Source of the DNA: Treponemataceae bacterium
Lineage (GTDB): Bacteria; Spirochaetota; Spirochaetia; Treponematales; Rectinemataceae
Assembly (NCBI GenBank): GCA_963667725.2
Contig: CAXXHO010000003.1
Coordinates: 1,344,001 to 1,408,000, forward strand
Reading direction: 5' to 3'
DNA: 64,000 nt
The position numbers and the translations under genes were made by a program. Shown in pieces: positions 48,914-59,423 of this stretch. The notes beneath the pieces were generated by a model, which saw only the letters and a list, made by a program, of their open reading frames with translations, had not been told where the DNA came from and searched no databases. The first letter of the stretch is position 1. The number at the start of each line of letters is the position of its first letter.

Positions 48914-50158
48914 ATGCAGAGAAAAATTGCCGTGACAGGCTTGGGGATCATCAGCCCCATCGGGAACGATATGGAAAGTTTCTGGAGCGCTCTCTTGAGG
49001 GGCGAATCAGGCGCCGGTCCCGTTACGCATTTCGATGCCTCGAGGCTCGACTCGCGTATCGCGGCCGAGGTAAAAGGCTTCGATCCCGGCCTCTGGATGG
49101 ACAAAAAGGAATCGCGCAAGATGGGGCTTTTTTCCCAGTACGCGGTAGCCGCCTCGGTTCAGGCCTGGAATGATGCCGGATTGACGGATTCTAACTGCGA
49201 TGGCGAAAAGACGGCTATCTGCCTGGGCAACGGGATCGGCGGTCTTGAGGTGTTTCAGGATTCCTACGCCAAGCTGCTGGAATCCGGTCCTGACAGGATG
49301 CCTCCCATGACGGTTCCGCTCATGATAGCCAACGAGGCCGCGGCCAACGTCGCCATGCGCCTCGGGATTCAGGGTCCGGCTTATACGCAGGTGACGGCCT
49401 GCGCCTCCGGCACCGACGCCATCGGGCAGGCCATCGACCTGCTGCGATCGGGACGCGTCGATGTTGTGGTGGCGGGCGGCACCGAAGCGGCCGTCACCGA
49501 GTTCGCAATGGGCGGTTTCTGCCGCCTCAAGGCGCTGACGACGCGACGCAACGATGACCCCACGAAGGCGTCCAGGCCTTTCGACAGGGACAGAGACGGA
49601 TTCCTCATCGGCGAAGGAGCCGGAATCCTCATCCTTGAAGATTATGACAGGGCCAAGGCCCGCGGCGCGAAAATCTATGCCCTGGCATCGGGCTATGGGG
49701 CCACCTGCGACGCTTATCATCTGACAGCCCCCCACCCGGAAGGCATCCAGGGTTCCAGGGCTCTTGCCTTGGCCCTCGAGGACGCGGGCCTTAAGCCTTC
49801 GGAAGTCGGCTATTACAACGCCCACGGGACTTCGACACAGCTCAACGATCCCACGGAGACGGCTATGGTCAAGAAGACCTTCGGCGATGCCGTGAAGCAG
49901 CTCAAGGTCAGCTCGACGAAGAGCATGACGGGGCATTGCCTGGGCGCCACGGGCGCCATCGAGGCTATCGTCTGCGTCAAAGCCATAGAAACAGGCTATC
50001 TGCCGCCGACCATCAATCTGGATAATCCCGACCTGGAAGCTGGCTGCGACCTGGATTACATACCCAATAAATCCATACATCACCCCGTGGAAGCGGCCTT
50101 GACCGCCTCGCTGGGTTTCGGCGGCCATAACGGCGCGCTGGCATTCAGGCGGGCATAG
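48914..50158 (+). CDS. fabF: beta-ketoacyl-ACP synthase II
   Basis: TACASG, SRPFD, NAHGTST, KSMTGH, GFGGHN. Confidence 0.95.
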   Translation: MQRKIAVTGLGIISPIGNDMESFWSALLRGESGAGPVTHFDASRLDSRIAAEVKGFDPGLWMDKKESRKMGLFSQYAVAASVQAWNDAGLTDSNCDGEKTAICLGNGIGGLEVFQDSYAKLLESGPDRMPPMTVPLMIANEAAANVAMRLGIQGPAYTQVTACASGTDAIGQAIDLLRSGRVDVVVAGGTEAAVTEFAMGGFCRLKALTTRRNDDPTKASRPFDRDRDGFLIGEGAGILILEDYDRAKARGAKIYALASGYGATCDAYHLTAPHPEGIQGSRALALALEDAGLKPSEVGYYNAHGTSTQLNDPTETAMVKKTFGDAVKQLKVSSTKSMTGHCLGATGAIEAIVCVKAIETGYLPPTINLDNPDLEAGCDLDYIPNKSIHHPVEAALTASLGFGGHNGALAFRRA

Positions 50159-50313
50159 GACCGCGCGGCGCCGCGGCGCCCGCCAGGCGCATGGCATAGA
50201 ACGCGCAGGACCGCGCGCCTTCTTTTCAGGATGGCGCCGCATACATTATAATCTCGGTAGGTTTTACGCTCCGCTCGGTTCGGCGAGCGTCGATACTACA
50301 AAAGGCTGAACAC

Positions 50314-50733
50314 ATGGAAAACATAGAGTCGTACCTCCCTCATCGCCCTCCTTTTCTTTTTATCGATGACGCAAGCATCGACGGGACGACAATTCTCGCT
50401 TCGAGAACGTACAAATCTGATGACTGGTTCTTTAAAGGCCATTTTCCGGCCTACCCGGTAGTCCCCGGTGTCCTCCTCATCGAAGCCCTGGCCCAGGCCG
50501 GCGGCGTTGGAGCAAAACTGCTCGGAATTAAGCCGAAGGGGCTTTTTGTCCTGGCCAAGATTCGACAGGCGACATTCAGGCGCCAGGTCAAGCCCGGCGA
50601 CAAGCTCGATATGGAAGTCGTCAACCTAAAATCCAGCGGACTTGTCCTTCATCAGAAGGGCGTAGGCAAAGTCGACGGAGAAATAGCCGTCGAGGCCGAA
50701 TGGATAGCCATGGCAACGGAGGTCCCGGAATGA
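50314..50733 (+). CDS. fabZ: 3-hydroxyacyl-ACP dehydratase
   Basis: LPHRPPFLFID, FFKGHFP..PVVPGVLLIEALAQ. Confidence 0.92.
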   Translation: MENIESYLPHRPPFLFIDDASIDGTTILASRTYKSDDWFFKGHFPAYPVVPGVLLIEALAQAGGVGAKLLGIKPKGLFVLAKIRQATFRRQVKPGDKLDMEVVNLKSSGLVLHQKGVGKVDGEIAVEAEWIAMATEVPE

Positions 50734-51932
50734 AAATCACCCCGATGGTGAGAAACAATATTTTCCTCAACGCTCACCCCGAAGGCTGCGCCAGGGTCGT
50801 ACGGCTCCAGATCGCGCAGGCCGCGGCGCTTAAAGCCAAGGTCGACGCGGCCAGGGCTTCGAATCAGCGACTCCCGCGAAATGTGCTCGTGATAGGGGCC
50901 TCCACCGGATATGGCCTCGCTTCGAGGATCGTGGCAGGCTTCGCGTACGGGGCGTCTACCGTGGGCTTTTCCTACGAAAAAGAACCGAGTAACGCTAAAA
51001 CGGCCTCGCCCGGCTGGTACGCGAACAGAAGCTTCGACAGCGAAGCCACGAAGCTAGGTCTTTTCGCGAAAACATTCAATATCGACGCTTTTTCCAATGA
51101 AGCCAAGAATTTGGCTATCGAGACGGCTCGCTCAGGCGGATTCGCCTATGATCTCGTCATCTATTCCCTGGCAAGCCCCGTGCGCGTCGACCCCATGACG
51201 GGCGTGATGTACCGCTCGGTGATCAAACCGATCGGAAGGGACTATACGGGCAAGACCGCTGACGTTTTTACCGGCAAGATAAGCGAAGCCCACGTACAGC
51301 CCGCCGACGAAAAGGAAATCGAGGAAACCGTCAAGGTTATGGGCGGCGAGGATTGGAGCCTCTGGCTGGAAGCCCTCGACGCCGCGAAAGTCCTCGAGAA
51401 AAACGCCATCACCGTGGCCTACTCCTATCTCGGTCCTCCCCTTTCCTGGCCCATTTACAGGGACGGAACCATAGGCCGCGCCAAATCGCATCTTGAAAAA
51501 AGCGCCCGCGACATCGCGGCGAGGCACAAAGCATCGGGCCTGCGGGCATTTGTCTCCATAAACAAGGCCGTGGTCACACGCGCGTCGGCCGTCATCCCCA
51601 TCATTCCGCTCTATGTCTCCACCTTGTTCAAAGTGATGAAGGAAAGAAATATTCACGAGGATTGTCTGGACCAGATGCAGAGGCTTTTCATGGAAAGACT
51701 CTACGTCAGGGACGGAGCGGCAGTGCCGATCGATGAGGAAGGCAGGATAAGGCTGGACGAACTGGAAATGGGCGCGGCGGTCCAGGAAGATGTCTCGACC
51801 CGTCTGGGGAAAGTAAACGAAGCCAACCTGAACGACCTTACCGACATCGAAGGATTCCGACGCGACTTCTTGCAGGCCCATGGTTTCGCCGTCCCGGGCA
51901 TCGATTATGACGCGGAAGTCGACCCTCTCTGA
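50730..51932 (+). CDS. fabV: enoyl-ACP reductase FabV / trans-2-enoyl-CoA reductase
   Basis: NAHPEGC, GASTGYGLASR, YSLASP, VMGGEDW, YSY.GP......Y..GTIG.AK. Confidence 0.93.
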   Translation: MKITPMVRNNIFLNAHPEGCARVVRLQIAQAAALKAKVDAARASNQRLPRNVLVIGASTGYGLASRIVAGFAYGASTVGFSYEKEPSNAKTASPGWYANRSFDSEATKLGLFAKTFNIDAFSNEAKNLAIETARSGGFAYDLVIYSLASPVRVDPMTGVMYRSVIKPIGRDYTGKTADVFTGKISEAHVQPADEKEIEETVKVMGGEDWSLWLEALDAAKVLEKNAITVAYSYLGPPLSWPIYRDGTIGRAKSHLEKSARDIAARHKASGLRAFVSINKAVVTRASAVIPIIPLYVSTLFKVMKERNIHEDCLDQMQRLFMERLYVRDGAAVPIDEEGRIRLDELEMGAAVQEDVSTRLGKVNEANLNDLTDIEGFRRDFLQAHGFAVPGIDYDAEVDPL

Positions 51933-52669
51933 TGAACATAGTCTATCTTGAAGAGAAAGAGATTGGCGTTCTGCTTCCCCGGAGCGACCGACGCTGCGGG
52001 CACATGACGCGGATTCTCAGGAAGACGCAGGGCGATATCCTGGCCGCGGGCTGTTCCGACGGCACGCTGGGCCAGGCCAGGATCGAATTTCTCTCGCAGG
52101 ATGGCCTCATCCTCTCCTATTCGGCGCAGTCGCAGGCGCCGGCGCTCCGGCCGGTGCGGCTTCTCATGGGCTTTCCGCGGCCCATCCAGGCCGGCCGCAT
52201 TCTCAAGGACCTCACGAGCCTCGGCATAGCTGAAATCTGGTTCGCCCTCTCCGATCTGGGAGAGAAATCTTACGCCGAATCCACTTTTTTCAAGGACAGG
52301 GAATACGGAACCCACCTCATTGAAGGGGCCGAGCAGGCAGGCAATCCCCGCCTGCCCGCTATCGGCAGTTTCTGGAGCATCGACCGAGCCTGCGCCGCGC
52401 TCGAACAGACCGACGCGGCCGGCGCCCCGTCTTCATCGCGGCTCATGTTCCATCCCGATCCCGCGCTTCCAAGGATAGCGGAACTTTCATCACTGACGAC
52501 CCCGACGACGCTCGCCATAGGAAGCGAGCGGGGCTGGACAGTGAGGGAGGTGAATTTGCTCGCCTCTCATGGATTTACGGCGTGCTATCTTGGCGATCGC
52601 ATACTTAAAACGGAAACGGCGGCCATGGCCGCTGTCTCGATCATCCTTTCGCGTCTGGGCTATATGTAA
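51932..52669 (+). CDS. rsmE: 16S rRNA m3U1498 methyltransferase
   Basis: H...ILR, AEQ, IGSERGW, LG.RILKTETA. Confidence 0.88.
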   Translation: MNIVYLEEKEIGVLLPRSDRRCGHMTRILRKTQGDILAAGCSDGTLGQARIEFLSQDGLILSYSAQSQAPALRPVRLLMGFPRPIQAGRILKDLTSLGIAEIWFALSDLGEKSYAESTFFKDREYGTHLIEGAEQAGNPRLPAIGSFWSIDRACAALEQTDAAGAPSSSRLMFHPDPALPRIAELSSLTTPTTLAIGSERGWTVREVNLLASHGFTACYLGDRILKTETAAMAAVSIILSRLGYM

Positions 52670-52673
52670 TTCC

Positions 52674-54476
52674 CTACAGCTTCAACAGTCCTTTGAGTGT
52701 CCTCACATCGTTGGCGAATCTGGCGCAGGCAAGCTGAACCGGTTCCGGAGAAGACATATCCACGCCGGCCACCTTCAAGGCCTCGATGGGGAATCTCGAG
52801 CCTCCCGATTTGAGGAAGGCGAAATAATCGTTTTTCTCGGCCTCTCCTCCGTTCAAAACGCGCTCCGAGAGCGCGATGCTGGCGGAAATGCCGGTGGAGT
52901 ATTTGTACACATAGAAAGCGTTGTAGAAATGGGGAATGCGCAGCCCTTCCAAGTCGGAGACCGACTCGAACTTCATCCGCGGCCCGAAATACTTCTCCAG
53001 AAGCTTCCTGTACTCGGCCCTGAGCGAATCGACGGTCAAAGCCTGCCCCGCTTCGGCCATGGCATGGGTCACCTGCTCGTATTCCGCGAACATGGTCTGT
53101 CTGAACAAGGTTCCCAGCGTATCGTCGATTCTGTTGGCCAGAAGGGAAATCCTGGCATCGTCGGAAGCCGCGTGCTTGTAGAGATATTTGAACACTAGCT
53201 GCTCGTTGAAAGTGCTGGCCACCTCGGCCTCGAATATCGTATACGAATAGCACATGAAGGGATTATTGCGCATCGAATACCAGGAATGCATCGAATGCCC
53301 GCCCTCATGCGCCATGGTGAAGATATCGTTGAGGACATTTTCCTTGTAGTTAAGAAGGATGTAGGGTTCGCCGGAGAAACTGCCCGCGGAGAAGGCGCCC
53401 GAACGTTTACCCTTGTTCTCGTAGCGATCCACCCAGCCACCCAGGAGCCCGGCCTTCAGCGTGGCGACATATTCCTCGCCAAGCGGCGCGAGCGACGCCG
53501 CCACTATTTCCACCGCCTCGTCATAGCTGTGTATGCTGGTTTTCTGTTTGACGATGGGAACATAGACATCGTAATGCCTCAGTTCTTCCAGGCCGAGGGC
53601 GCGCCTCCTGAGGTCGTAATACTCATGGAGAACGGGCAGATTGGCGTTGATGGTGCCCACCAGGTTGTCATAAACGGATTCGGGGACCTTGTCGGGAAAG
53701 AGGGCTTGCTCCCTGGCGCTCCCGAAGTTCCTGACCTGAGCCTGGTACTTGTCGAGCTTGACGGAACCGGCGTAAAGACTGGCCAGGGTTGTCTTGTGCC
53801 GTTCATAGGCTCCATAGAACTTCATATAGGCTTTTCTGCGGATTTCCCTGTCCTGGTTGCGCATGAACGCTGAAAACGTCGATTGGCTCAAGGGAAGAAG
53901 CCCCTCATCCGTCCTTATCCTGCCGAATGAGAGATCGACATTGGTGAGAATCCCGAAGGTTTCCTGGGCTATATGGTTGGTCTCAGCCTGCATGGCGAGC
54001 AGCCGCTCCTCTTTTTCCGAAAGTATATGCGGCTTGAAACGAATCAGCTTTTTTAGGAATACGCCATAGTCGGCGAACCGGTGATCGGCGAAGCAGGAAT
54101 CCAGGAAGGCTTCGGGAAGCGCCTGGATGGAAGGAGTGAGCCATGCCCAAGCGGCCTGTCCCGCGGTGGCGACGCCGATATAGCGAGCGTAGCGGCCGCG
54201 CGCGTCGCTGTCGCCTTCATCCTCCGTAACCCTGAGATCCGCATAGTATGCCAGCCTTTCATCGAGGCGGAGATACTCATCGTACCTCGAGAGGAGGGCG
54301 AGAAAATCATCGCTCGAGGCGGAAAGCTTCTTTTTTAGGCTCTCGATGCCTACCTGCATGCCAGCCAGTATTTCAAGCCCTTTCTCCCATGCATCGTCCG
54401 AGGAAAAGAGTCTGGAAAGATTCCATCTATCCGCAAGAGGCACTTCGCCGCGTTTGGGGATGTCGTGAGTGGCCAA
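52674..54476 (-). CDS. pepF: oligoendopeptidase F (M3B)
   Basis: WVD.YENKGKRSGAFS, PYILLNY, AHEGGHSMH, AEVAST, HFY..FYVYKY. Confidence 0.95.
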   Translation of the reverse strand: MATHDIPKRGEVPLADRWNLSRLFSSDDAWEKGLEILAGMQVGIESLKKKLSASSDDFLALLSRYDEYLRLDERLAYYADLRVTEDEGDSDARGRYARYIGVATAGQAAWAWLTPSIQALPEAFLDSCFADHRFADYGVFLKKLIRFKPHILSEKEERLLAMQAETNHIAQETFGILTNVDLSFGRIRTDEGLLPLSQSTFSAFMRNQDREIRRKAYMKFYGAYERHKTTLASLYAGSVKLDKYQAQVRNFGSAREQALFPDKVPESVYDNLVGTINANLPVLHEYYDLRRRALGLEELRHYDVYVPIVKQKTSIHSYDEAVEIVAASLAPLGEEYVATLKAGLLGGWVDRYENKGKRSGAFSAGSFSGEPYILLNYKENVLNDIFTMAHEGGHSMHSWYSMRNNPFMCYSYTIFEAEVASTFNEQLVFKYLYKHAASDDARISLLANRIDDTLGTLFRQTMFAEYEQVTHAMAEAGQALTVDSLRAEYRKLLEKYFGPRMKFESVSDLEGLRIPHFYNAFYVYKYSTGISASIALSERVLNGGEAEKNDYFAFLKSGGSRFPIEALKVAGVDMSSPEPVQLACARFANDVRTLKGLLKL

Positions 54477-54492
54477 TTATTTCTCCTTGTCG

Positions 54493-55533
54493 TCATCGTG
54501 ATGGTTTCGTCGAACCACGAATTTCCAAGCTATACGGAAAATTGAAATGTTCCGGGCTGCCGCCGTTCAGGATGTCGAGGGCCAGGGAGGCGGCTTTCTG
54601 CCCTTTTTCCCTAGCGGGTTGATGTATCGTCGTGAGCGCGGGACGCGCGAAGCCGCTAAGGGAAATATCGTCGAAACCGGCGATGGAAAGCTGATCGGGA
54701 ATGCTGATGCCGCATTCTGCCGCCGCGGCATAGAGGCCAATGGCGACGATATCGGCCATCGCCACGATGGCGTCGGGCCGATCGGCCGATCCGAGGAGAG
54801 TCCTGCCTGCGGCGCGTCCGCCCGCGATGGAGCCTTCGGCTTCGATGACGCGGATTCGATTCGATTCGAGAGAAAGACCTGATTCCTCGAGGGCTCTGGA
54901 AAAACCCGCAAGCCGCTTTTCCAGGACGACCGACCTCGATCGTTCCGTATGGTTTTTCGCGTCGGGCTTCAGGCAAAGCACGGCGATGCGCTTGGGTTCG
55001 AGAGAGAGGATATGCCGCATGAGTTCGTAGGCTGCCTGCTCGTCCTGAATGCCGACATTTACGGTAGTGCCGCTTTCCTCGCCGTCGATCGTCACGAAGG
55101 GCACGCGGTGCTTATTGAGGAATTCGATCACTTCATGTTCGGGCCCGAGCCCAATGGTCACGATCGCGTCCACGAATGCCCTGCGTGCCGCTTCGATGAT
55201 CTTGCCCTGGACAGGAGGAAGCATGGTGAGCGAAATCTCGCGTTTGTCGCATTCCTCGCCGATGCCGCTGATCACGTCGCAGAGATGCGGATTATTCATC
55301 ACTTCGGAGATCGGCTGAGGCAGGAGAAGGCCGAGAGCGCCGAGCCTTTTGGTGGTGAGTGTCCTGGCGACTGGGCTGGGGAAGTAGCCAAGCTCGGTGA
55401 CGATGGCCATGATCTTCCCGTAGGTTTCCTTGGATATGCGCTTCGGGTTGTTGAGCGCGAAAGAGACCGTGGTTTTGGATACGCCGGCACGTTCCGCGAT
55501 ATCTTTGATGGTAATTTTCATATGGATCGCCAT
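54493..55533 (-). CDS. LacI family transcriptional regulator
   Basis: TIKDIA..AGVSKTTVS, IP..LSIAGFDD, LTTIHQP; start at 55533 or 55521. Confidence 0.93.
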   Translation of the reverse strand: MAIHMKITIKDIAERAGVSKTTVSFALNNPKRISKETYGKIMAIVTELGYFPSPVARTLTTKRLGALGLLLPQPISEVMNNPHLCDVISGIGEECDKREISLTMLPPVQGKIIEAARRAFVDAIVTIGLGPEHEVIEFLNKHRVPFVTIDGEESGTTVNVGIQDEQAAYELMRHILSLEPKRIAVLCLKPDAKNHTERSRSVVLEKRLAGFSRALEESGLSLESNRIRVIEAEGSIAGGRAAGRTLLGSADRPDAIVAMADIVAIGLYAAAAECGISIPDQLSIAGFDDISLSGFARPALTTIHQPAREKGQKAASLALDILNGGSPEHFNFPYSLEIRGSTKPSR

Positions 55534-55668
55534 CCATTATTGTATCCTTCTTCGAAGCCCCAGTCAAACCAGTGTAAATTTCCGGCCCCGGCGGCTGGGG
55601 CTATGGAAACCAGGATAAATGAACGATAGTATTGACAGGTACCGTGGATTATCGAGAAAGAGGCCGCA

Positions 55669-57324
55669 ATGACACAGATTACCGTGACCTATGAATCGGG
55701 CGAGATGAAATCCTTTCCGACAGGCATCAAGGCTCTCGAAACCTTGCCAAACCAAGGCGAGTCGGATCAGCCTCTGGTGGCCGTGCTCATCGACAACGAA
55801 CTCAAGTCGCTCGATACCGAGCTGGAGAGCGATTGCCGGATAAGCGCGGTGCTCGCGGGTTCAACCATCGGAGCCACGGTCTATCGGCGCTCCCTCTGTT
55901 TTCTCCTCGCCATCGCCTCGCGGGAAATCTTTTCCGAAAGAAGACTAATCGCCGGCATGGCCATCGGGACGGGATTCTACCACTACTATTACGACGAAAT
56001 CCCACTGACCGAAGAGCAGGTCGGAAAACTCGCCGGTCGCATCGGAGACCTCGTGGCCAGGGATATACCCATCTGCCTCGAAAAATGGTCCTGGGAAAAA
56101 ACCTGCGACTATTTCGTGAAGAGCGGCCAACTCGACACCCTCGCCCTTCTGGAAAACCTGAATGAACCTCAGATTCCTCTCAACGAGTGCGCCGGATTCC
56201 GCGACCTTCAGATTGCCCCGCTCGTCAGCTCCACCGGGGTTCTAGGCACCTGGGAACTCATCCCCTATCACGGGGGCATGCTTCTCCGTTACCCCCACAA
56301 GGACAAGGCAGGCGTCATCGAACCTTTCGAGGATGTCCCCCTCCTCTACAAGATTTCGGAGGAATACAAGGAACGAGGGCGCGTTCTCGGCGTTGGCTCG
56401 GTCGGCGTCCTCAACCGCTTAAGCGCTTCAGGCAGAATCGGCGAATACATCACCGTGGCCGAGGCGCTTCAAAACAGGAAGATCGCCGCTCTCGCCGAGG
56501 CGGTCGCGGCCAAAGCCGATAAGGTGAAAGTAGTGCTGATCGCCGGACCTTCCAGTTCCGGCAAGACGACGACATCCAAGAAACTTGCCATACAGCTCAA
56601 GGTGCTGGGATTCGAGCCCATCCCCATTGAATTGGATAACTTCTTCATCGACAGGAGCCGTACGCCGCTTGACGACGAGGGAAAACCCGATTTCGAATGC
56701 CTCGAAGCGCTCGATGTCATCTATCTCAATGAACTCCTGCTCCAGCTCTTCTCAGGCGACAAGGTCGAGTTGCCGGTCTACGACTTCAAGGCGGGAACGA
56801 GACGAGGCACAGGTCAGACACTGAAGCTTTCCGGCCACGAAATCCTCATTCTTGAAGGCATCCATGGCCTCAACGACGCCCTCACGCCGAAAATTTCGCA
56901 GGAGAACAAGTTCAAGATCTACGTATCGGCCCTCACCCAGCTCAACCTCGACGACCATAACAGGATAAGCACGACGGATTACCGGCTCCTGCGTCGCATG
57001 GTGAGAGATCACAATTTTAGGGGTCATAGCGCGAGGGCGACGCTCGCCATGTGGCCCTCGGTGCAGCGAGGCGAACGCGCCCACATTTTCCCTTTCCAGA
57101 ATTCGGCGGACGCTGCGCTGAATTCGGCCCTGGATTACGAGTTGGGCGTGCTGAAGATATTCGCCGATCCCCTCCTCCGCACGATCAAGCCCAGCATGCC
57201 TGAATACACCGAAGCCAGGCGGATACAGGCATTCCTCGACAATTTCACGCCCATTCCCGCCCAGTACGTGCCTAAGGATTCCACGCTGCGCGAGTTCATC
57301 GGAGAGTCGGCTTTCCATTATTGA
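55669..57324 (+). CDS. nucleoside (uridine) kinase family protein with ThrRS-like N-terminal domain
   Basis: YRRSL.F, IAGPSSSGKTT, LEGIHGLN, RLLRR.VRD..FRG, REFIG. Confidence 0.88.
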   Translation: MTQITVTYESGEMKSFPTGIKALETLPNQGESDQPLVAVLIDNELKSLDTELESDCRISAVLAGSTIGATVYRRSLCFLLAIASREIFSERRLIAGMAIGTGFYHYYYDEIPLTEEQVGKLAGRIGDLVARDIPICLEKWSWEKTCDYFVKSGQLDTLALLENLNEPQIPLNECAGFRDLQIAPLVSSTGVLGTWELIPYHGGMLLRYPHKDKAGVIEPFEDVPLLYKISEEYKERGRVLGVGSVGVLNRLSASGRIGEYITVAEALQNRKIAALAEAVAAKADKVKVVLIAGPSSSGKTTTSKKLAIQLKVLGFEPIPIELDNFFIDRSRTPLDDEGKPDFECLEALDVIYLNELLLQLFSGDKVELPVYDFKAGTRRGTGQTLKLSGHEILILEGIHGLNDALTPKISQENKFKIYVSALTQLNLDDHNRISTTDYRLLRRMVRDHNFRGHSARATLAMWPSVQRGERAHIFPFQNSADAALNSALDYELGVLKIFADPLLRTIKPSMPEYTEARRIQAFLDNFTPIPAQYVPKDSTLREFIGESAFHY

Positions 57325-57351
57325 GCGCTACATAGGGATTCGTCGCTGACA

Positions 57352-57392
57352 GGAAGGGCCGCCCCCGATTTCCAATCGGGGGCGGCCCTTCC
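57352..57392. terminator. 19-bp perfect hairpin between convergent genes
   Basis: GGAAGGGCCGCCCCCGATT-tcc-AATCGGGGGCGGCCCTTCC. Confidence 0.78.
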
Positions 57393-57419
57393 CATGCCCA
57401 AAAAAACGCCCAACCTTCT

Positions 57420-58346
57420 TTAGGCGTACATTTTTCCGTATTCCGCCGCTTCCTTTTCGTTTGCCAGGACAAAGTGCCCCGGGAAAACCTCGCGCCAGCT
57501 GGGTTTGTCGACGCTGTAGTCGTGCATGGACTGGTCATACACGAGGAGGGTCTTGTTCTTCTCGACATCGGGATCGGGCATCGGTACGGCCGAGAGGAGC
57601 GACCTCGTATAGGGATGCAGGGGCCTCGCGAAGAGTTCTTCGGTTTCGGCGAGCTCCTTGAGCTCCCCCTGGTGTATGACGGCGATCCTGTCCGCGAAAT
57701 AGCGGACGACGGTGAGGTCGTGGGCGATGAAGAGGTAGGAAAGCCCGTGTTCCTGCTTGAGGTCGCGCAGAAGATTGAGCACCTGGGCCCTGATCGAGAC
57801 GTCCAGGGCCGATATGGGCTCGTCGGCGATGATGAACTTGGGTTCCATGGCGAGCACCCGCGCTATGCAGATGCGCTGCCGCTGGCCGCCTGAGAATTCG
57901 TGCGGATAGCGCTCGGCGTGCTCCTCGAGAAGTCCGACGTCGTTCAGCGCCTTGAAGACCTTGTCGCGGCGCTCGTTCTCGTCCTTGAAGAGATTGAAGT
58001 TGTACAGCCCCTCCGAGACGATATAGTCGATGGTTGCCCGCTCGTTGAGTGAAGCCATCGGGTCCTGGAATATCATCTGGATATTGCGGATGACATAGGT
58101 GTCCAGTTCTTTAGCGATAACGCCTGATATCTTCTTGTCCTGGAAGTAAATGTCTCCCTTCGTGGCGGGGTTGATCCTGATGATCGTGCGGCCTATCGTC
58201 GTCTTGCCTGAGCCCGACTCGCCCACGAGGGCAAAGGATTCGCCCTCGTATATATCGAAACTGACGTTCTTCACCGCGGTGAAGCTTTCATGGCCGTTCT
58301 TGAAGGTGACTTCCAGGTCCTTGACGGACAGGATTTTCTTGTTCAT
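57420..58346 (-). CDS. oppF: oligopeptide ABC ATPase (AmiF-like)
   Basis: [37 protein letters not shown]. Confidence 0.93.
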   Translation of the reverse strand: MNKKILSVKDLEVTFKNGHESFTAVKNVSFDIYEGESFALVGESGSGKTTIGRTIIRINPATKGDIYFQDKKISGVIAKELDTYVIRNIQMIFQDPMASLNERATIDYIVSEGLYNFNLFKDENERRDKVFKALNDVGLLEEHAERYPHEFSGGQRQRICIARVLAMEPKFIIADEPISALDVSIRAQVLNLLRDLKQEHGLSYLFIAHDLTVVRYFADRIAVIHQGELKELAETEELFARPLHPYTRSLLSAVPMPDPDVEKNKTLLVYDQSMHDYSVDKPSWREVFPGHFVLANEKEAAEYGKMYA

Positions 58347-59413
58347 TTGGAGGCCTCCGCGAGCTTTTCGGCGTAAATCTTCCCCTTTTTCCTCATGAGT
58401 TTCACCGCTTCGGGGGGATCGGCCGCGGGAGCCTTGGAATCGAGGAGCCAAGTCTTGGCGAAGTGCGTGGGGCTGACCTGGAAGAAGGGAGGTTCCTCCT
58501 CGAAGTCGATATTGAGCGCGTAGTGATTTCTCGGCGCGAAGGCGTCGCCTTTGATTTCGTTAAACAGGGTCGGTGGCGTGCCGGGAATCGCAAAGAGCGG
58601 TTCATTTTTCCTGGCCAGGGTCGGAAGGCTGGAGATCAGCGCCCAGGTATAGGGATGGCGCGGATCGTAAAAGATCTCGCGCACCGAACCGTATTCGACG
58701 ATCTGGCCGGCGTACATTACGGCAACCCGGTCCGCCACGTTGGCCACGACGCCGAGGTCATGCGTGATATAGATGGTCGTGAAACCGTACTCTTTCTGGA
58801 GAAACCTGATGAGATCGAGAATCTGGGCCTGGATCGTCACGTCGAGGGCCGTCGTCGGCTCGTCGCATATGAGAATGCGCGGCTTGCAGGCCAGGGCGAT
58901 GGCTATGACGATTCTCTGACGCATGCCGCCAGAGTACTGGAAGGGATAGTCGTAGAAACGTTTCCCCACATCCTTGATGCCCACTTTTTCCATGAGGGTG
59001 AGGGCAATTTTCTTGGCTTCTTCCTTCGGAAGTTTCTGGTGCTTTTCGATGACCTCGGTTATCTGTACCCCAATCTTTTTAAGCGGATTGAGGCTGGTCA
59101 TGGGATCCTGGAAAACCGTGGCTATCTTGGCTCCCCTGATCGCCTCCCAGTCCTTGTCCGTTTTTATGTCGAGAAGATTTCGTCCCTCGAACTCGATGCG
59201 GCCGGCAGGAATCCTGCCGTTCGTCTCCAGCATGCCGGTAAAGGTCTTGGTCAGGACTGTCTTTCCCGATCCCGACTCGCCCACGATGGCGAGGGTCTCG
59301 CCGTCGTAGAGATCGAGCGACACGGAGCGTATCGCGGTAAGTTCCTTGTTGCGAACCCTGAATTTGACGACCAGATTCTTCACCTGAAGGATGGGGGTTT
59401 TTTCTTCGCTCAT
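58343..59413 (-). CDS. oppD: oligopeptide ABC ATPase (AmiE-like)
   Basis: [37 protein letters not shown]. Confidence 0.93.
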   Translation of the reverse strand: MSEEKTPILQVKNLVVKFRVRNKELTAIRSVSLDLYDGETLAIVGESGSGKTVLTKTFTGMLETNGRIPAGRIEFEGRNLLDIKTDKDWEAIRGAKIATVFQDPMTSLNPLKKIGVQITEVIEKHQKLPKEEAKKIALTLMEKVGIKDVGKRFYDYPFQYSGGMRQRIVIAIALACKPRILICDEPTTALDVTIQAQILDLIRFLQKEYGFTTIYITHDLGVVANVADRVAVMYAGQIVEYGSVREIFYDPRHPYTWALISSLPTLARKNEPLFAIPGTPPTLFNEIKGDAFAPRNHYALNIDFEEEPPFFQVSPTHFAKTWLLDSKAPAADPPEAVKLMRKKGKIYAEKLAEASK

Positions 59414-59423
59414 CTTCCACCTC

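Noticed and set aside
50152..50220. Imperfect GC-rich repeats (AGGACCGCGCG twice, GGCATAG twice) after fabF
   Set aside because: Too short and irregular for a CRISPR array or a defined element
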